A DNA stretch of 64,000 bases from Flaccisagitta enflata (lineage: Eukaryota): the NCBI GenBank assembly GCA_965153355.1, contig OZ231126.1, forward strand, positions 38,688,001-38,752,000, read 5' to 3'. The notes below the pieces were generated by a model. It was given only the letters and a program-made list of their open reading frames with translations, did no database searches and was not told where the DNA came from. The translations under genes were made by a program, and so were the position numbers. How positions within the stretch are numbered: the stretch's first letter is position 1; the number at the start of each line of letters is the position of its first letter. Shown here one piece after another: positions 58,364-64,000 of this stretch.

Positions 58364-59464
58364 AGCTAGAAGGAGGTGGAGAAAAAGAGAGGGGACGAGA
58401 AAGAGAGACAGTGCGGGCCAGATACTGTGCGCCCAATCGTACATGGACGCTTCATGCTTCATGGTATAATTTCCCTCCTCTCGTTTCTCTCAGGTGCCCA
58501 CAAGACTTCGTTCGCTTTTTCGGAGGCTGACCGAAACCATACGACACCGTCAGTCGCTGCCGGTCTCGCCCCTACGCGAGCGCCTCTCAACAGCGTCCAG
58601 ATTCTTACAGGACATTTTCTGAATTAAGAGGATCTTTCTTGCGTCTGTTCAATTTGACATCTTTCAAAATTCCTGCATCAACGCAATTTTTACCGATTTC
58701 TACATGATTGTATCCAGTCAGCAACAAGCGAAAGGAAGTTGCAAAGGACGAAGATGAGGACGAGGTGGAAGCGAAGGATTCGAGAAAGTCTCAGTCTTGC
58801 AAAAGGCGCTTACTATGGTGCCACGCCTGCCATGGGCATTGGGAATGAGGCGCTCTGATCTGAGTGTGTATGACAATCTCGCCAAAACTGTGTTATCGAG
58901 TAATAAACGCGCAAGTTTTCCTTTGCAATTTGTATTTGATGCAAATTAATGTTCACAAAAAAAGGGCGACTGTTGCGATTACATTGATCAGTTATCTCTG
59001 ACTAGAATTAGTTAAGTTCACATACGTAATTACGTATAAACATTAAATCCGGGCTAGCTTCTCCGACATTGATTGGATATTTGAATGGACACGGGGATAA
59101 AAGATTGATCAAAAGAATCTTATTTCTATCTTAAGCGCAAATCTTCACGGGATGGACAGTGAAAAAGGTTCAAATTACGACGCAGAATATGTACAAAAGG
59201 ATTGCGGAATGATAAATAATTTCGGGTGATGCGTGCACGCGAGGTGCGCAGAGAATTTCTGTCGTGAAACAACCAAACGTTCAAATCAAAGCCAAAACTG
59301 TCGCCATTGTTCAGCGGTGATTGTCTGCGAATCATTTTTTTTTTATTTCTTAGTACGGTCGCAGTTTGTTGATGATGTTTCAGATGCAGAGTTCTTGCGC
59401 CAATTTATTAGTGGATAGGAAGGAAGGGCAGTAGGTTATGTGAGTTCATAAATACGCAGTAGTT

Positions 59465-59511
<47 letters not shown>

Positions 59512-60344
59512 ATGTCATGAAACATAGGGGGCATAGCAGTGTTCCTAACTCCCCTGTCTAATGGTCGGCTCGTTAAGAAACAACGAACAATTAACATCTG
59601 TACACTTATTATTGTCAAAAGATCAAACAACTGTCAAATCTGAGCAGACATATTTAGCCATATGCAAATTTTTCCATCAGTTAGATCTTGAAAAAATCTT
59701 CATTTTTCTCATGAATTTCACCTCAATTGCATTCTACAAAATCAAGTAAGATCAAAAACAGTAAAAACATTCCCTACGCAAATCATGGCAAAATTACCAG
59801 AAAAACCTTATCAACTTCAGTTGTTCACCAAATCTACATAAAGATAGATAATCAGATGCGAATTTCACGGCTAAACAGCTTTTGAAAAGTTCTTTAATTT
59901 GCCCACCGATTTCAATTGATTTTGTGCAAGTGAATGCTTTCAAAATTCAAACCAAAGTTATGGAAAAATTTTTACCTGGATATAGTTTGTTAGTTGTCAA
60001 GATGTGATAAAGTTTAAAACAAGCATCCCAATTGGTACAAAGTACAAAAAACAATGTGGAATACATTGAGAAATACTCATCAAATATATAACATCAAGGA
60101 GTTGCATCGTTCCTAACCAGTAGTAGCGAGGTATGCATATTTGTAATACTACCTTGACAATAATTAGTGTACAGGTGTTAGTACATGTATAAATCGGTGC
60201 AAATGTAAATCAAGACGATGTCATGATCCTTTTAAATACTACACACGTTATTTTTCAATTTGCGCGTTGACGAGATGGGAGACGGTATAAATAATGCCAG
60301 TAAAAGAAAAGATAATGATTTAATTCAAAGCGTTAGGGTTGTTT

Positions 60345-60404
<60 letters not shown>

Positions 60405-60478
60405 TTGTTGTTGTTGTTGTTGTTGTTCAAGTTTATGCATCAAAAGTATGGAAAAGAAGCGGAATCTCGAGTTTTTTT

Positions 60479-60789
60479 TTATGTTGCGGAGTTGTTTTGG
60501 AGAAACGAGTTGTGTTGCGAATCATCTTCGGAGACATGGTCTCCTTGCGTCGGGTTCAGACGTTCCATCTGAAGAGTTTCGCCTCCCTTTTGTTGGGCGG
60601 CGGCGTTTTTGCCCCTGGACAAGCTTTCGCCCTTGGGCAGGCTCTCGCCCCTTTTGAGGCTCTCCCCTTTGGCGTGGGCGGAAGCGGCGGCGGCGGCGCC
60701 ACCAGCGACATTGCCGGCGCCGTCTGCCGGGCGTTTGAAGTAGTCGTAACGAGTCAAGATCGTGTCTCGCGTGATCAAGCTCGTCCCAC
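60479..60789 (-). CDS. Probable terminal coding exon of an unidentified gene
   Basis: GC/CpG-rich island. Acceptor catgcAG at 60790-60791. Three GESL repeats vary only synonymously in this frame (ggg/ggc, gag/gaa, ctc/ctg/ttg). Confidence 0.5.
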
Positions 60790-60947
60790 CTGCATGACGT
60801 GGTTGGCACGCAAGGTGGGGAGAAAAACAACAACGACCACGACAATAACAACCAAGGATACGGCAACAACATATACGATAACAATAACGATTACAACACA
60901 TGACAGCAACCACAGTGATAACAACAAAATCAACAACATAAACATCG

Positions 60948-61022
<75 letters not shown>

Positions 61023-62178
61023 AAACAACAACAAAAACAACAACAAAAACAACCACAACAACCACAACAACAAAAACAACAAAATAAAAAACAATAGCAA
61101 CAACAACAGAACAACATTTGTTCGATGGACGTTTTGAAATGGGTGGAAAAAAGGAGAATAAGCGACATTAGCACAATCCGATTAAAGTGTATGGATTAAA
61201 ACGCAGGGAAAAAGACATGAAAACGTGAATACTTTCAAAAAAAAGATAACGAGGAAATGGTTGGCGAGGAACGACCGATATTTTGAGGCTGAGGAAGCGC
61301 TGTTTTGAGAACATGGGGGACAGTGAGGACACACCGAAGGAAATTTACAATGATGATCGTTCATAAGACGCGTGCTTCGCGAATCTATTTGCCACTTGTC
61401 AGTCTGTCCGCCGTCCCTTCCGTCCGTTTGTCGCGCCGGCCTTGTTCAAATATAGATGTCGATTCATTGATGGTGCGATAGGTCTTCTGCGATCTGTCTT
61501 TTGATCTATCTATACCGAATATGTCACCAGGAAACCGCGTTATTATGTAAATGGAATATAGCTTTTGAGAAAGCCACCATCACCGTCATCTTACATAATA
61601 GGTATAGGGTGGATTAAGCGATTGATGAGACCCTGAAACACCGCTCGCGCTTCTCTTCACCAATTGGCCAATCAGTCACTGAGTCTTCTTGGCCTAGTCA
61701 CATGCAGAGTAGAGAGAACTTAGAAGATATTAGGAAGAAAAGGATTTTTCGTGCAAGCAGCTTTACAGGGAGAGGTAGAAAAAAACGAACCATTTTGACG
61801 GCATTAATAGCTCTTTCATTTTGGATGCACGGGATCCTCAGGGACTTCTGGATCTTTGGGAGGCAGTTAGGAAAGTAAATGGAATGAAATACTTTGATAC
61901 AAACGAGCTAATGTTATTCCAAACCGCTCTTCACAGTTGTGCAATTCAAGGGTAAATTGCAACATTTGAAACACTTCCAGCCCTGCCAAGGCTTAATAAA
62001 TCAGTTCTAGCTTTTGTTTCTGAAATTTTTACAAGCGACACATCACCATGCAGCGGCGTAGGAGACTAAAGACTTTTGGGACTTCCGCCCTCAATTGGTG
62101 TCCGACCAATTTAGTCTCACAATTAAAACCAACTTGTAATTTTTACCATATAACTATAAAAATTTGTGATTATTACAA

Positions 62179-62985
62179 TTTTTGGGCAGCGGCCCCGAAG
62201 GGGACGAAGTCCTGTAGAACACAGGGGGAATCTGTCCGTCCGTCCGTACGTCCCCCCCCTCTGCCCCACCCTCAGGGCTTCGTCTCCTTTGGGGCCCAAA
62301 TCCAAGCAATATGGCCAAAATCCAAGCAAAATGGCCTAAATCCAGCCAAAATGGGCCAAATCCAAGTAAAATGGGCCAAATCCAGGCAAAATGGGCCAAA
62401 TCTGGCTAGAAAACCTGAATTCTGGCCTGAATTCTATTATTTTGGCCCCTAAACTTAGATTCTGGCTCCTTAAACCCACAACCTAGCTATAGACACCCAA
62501 ATCCTGACCTTTGGGACCTAGATTGGAACCTCCAAGACTAAGGTTCTGGCCTCAAAGACCTAAATCCTGGCCTCAGAGGCCCAAATCCTAGCGTCAGAGA
62601 CTGAAATCCTTGCCTCTGAGACCAAGAAACTAGTCTCAGAGACTAAAATTATGGTCTCAGAGACCCAGATCCTGGCCTGCCCCTCCCTCAACATAACCTA
62701 CAAGCTATACAATAAGGGCAAGGATACCATTGTCCATATACTGCCTTTTGTCATTTCTCTATGGTATTCAATGAAAATTTGAATCACAGTCACAGAGCAT
62801 CCTGGACAGAAGGAAGGCAGACAGAAGGACGTATGGACGGATGGAAGGACGGACAGATTCCCCCTGTGTTCTACAGGACTTCGTCCCCTTCGGGGCCGCT
62901 GCCCTGCTCCCTCTCAACCTAAATCACTTTCTACTCAAGCAGGGCACGGGTACCGCTGACCACTTACTGCCTTTGGGCTGCTATT
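62179..62985. mobile_element. HINE-like element with a 20-bp minisatellite
   Basis: Near-perfect subterminal inverted repeat gggcagcggccccgaaggggacgaagtcctgtagaacacagggggaatctgtccgtcc, followed by a 3' tail containing gggtaccgctgacc. Confidence 0.7.
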
Positions 62986-64000
62986 AAGCATATGATCATT
63001 GAATTTTTCTTTTCTTTCTTTTACTTCCCTTTTTTTCTTCTTTTTTTCCTGTTTTCCTTTCCTTCTCCTCTTTTTTTCCTTCTTCCTTTTTTTTCTCTTG
63101 GCTAATTTAGTGTCCCGACAACTTTAGTGTCCCGACAACAGGGACTTCCATGGAAGTCCCGGAAGTCCCTTCTCCTACGCCGCTGTCACCATGCATTCTT
63201 CCATACATGGCTCCCCAATGTTTCACAACAATGGAATACCATGAAGTTGCATCAATCTCGAATTATTTCTGTAAGCATGGAAGTACTACTGTTTATAAGG
63301 AGCTTAGAAAAAATTCAAGATTGGTTTACTAAGCGTACGTCTAAATATGACACACCAACTGCTTTCTAGTTGAGTTTCACTCCCACTCTTCCATTTGAGA
63401 GTAAAAACAATATTTTATTACTGACAACAAATAATTCTTGGAAATAAAAGGAAGTTAAAGTTGAAATTACAATTGATAAATGTAAAAAGAATATGTATGG
63501 AAAGAGAGGGAAAAAAGATTCAATTTATTTTATCTTACGTTTGAAAAGTGGGAAAAGAAGGAGCCTCTCAATGTTCCTCGCTGGATAGATTGAAAGAAAA
63601 TGTTGAAAATCAAACCGAAATTAGTAATCAAAGAGACATGTTAAGTAACGATTGTTTCTAATGTGATTGGAGATTTTACATCACAGCAAAAATCAATCAG
63701 TCGGCTTTCAAATTTTCGTTGTCGACACACGTTTGTACGTAGACGAGCGAGACTGTGTCTTTTCAGTTATGACAACTAAGGTACGCCACTCTTATGATAG
63801 GATGATAGTATGAATTTGTTGTACTATCTAGGCGGAAAAAAATCTTTCGGTATGTTTACATGCATATCTCAGGTTAGAATCATCCAATCATCAAAAAATT
63901 TGTGAGACAATTAAAGCCCTTCAAATTTGCAAGAAATTGACGCAAACCGCATCTTTCTAGCTCAATGCGTTTAAGAGCTATTTAACTTTGACTGAAATAT

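Noticed and set aside
61182-61364. Cys/His-rich exon of the 60.5-kb gene
   Set aside because: I could not establish splice sites or frame with any confidence.

Overview
Repeat-rich animal (probably invertebrate) genomic DNA; nothing prokaryotic. All gene models were built by hand from GT-AG sites and phase continuity. (1) A minus-strand gene for a ~2,900-aa acidic protein, with one ~8.5-kb exon holding eight ~235-aa repeats. (2) A related minus-strand ORF (~770 codons, 21299-31990) split into four pieces that rejoin in frame when three transposon insertions are removed. (3) A 4-exon plus-strand gene for a 547-aa acidic/coiled-coil protein ending in a CaaX box. (4) A complete 9-exon MSH5 (1006 aa, minus). 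(5) An intronless EPSTI1-like gene ~500 bp upstream of MSH5 on the same strand. (6) A PDZ-domain gene with an unresolved 3' part. (7) A probable terminal exon of an unidentified gene near 60.5 kb. The rest is mostly non-autonomous DNA transposons: DINE-1/Helentron-type elements (many carrying minisatellites), Tc1/mariner-type MITEs, hAT, 9-bp-TSD and CACAGTG-ended elements, including one four-level nest. There are also many microsatellites. Most ORFs in the supplied track are repeat artefacts. Family calls rest on recognised motifs, not on database searches.
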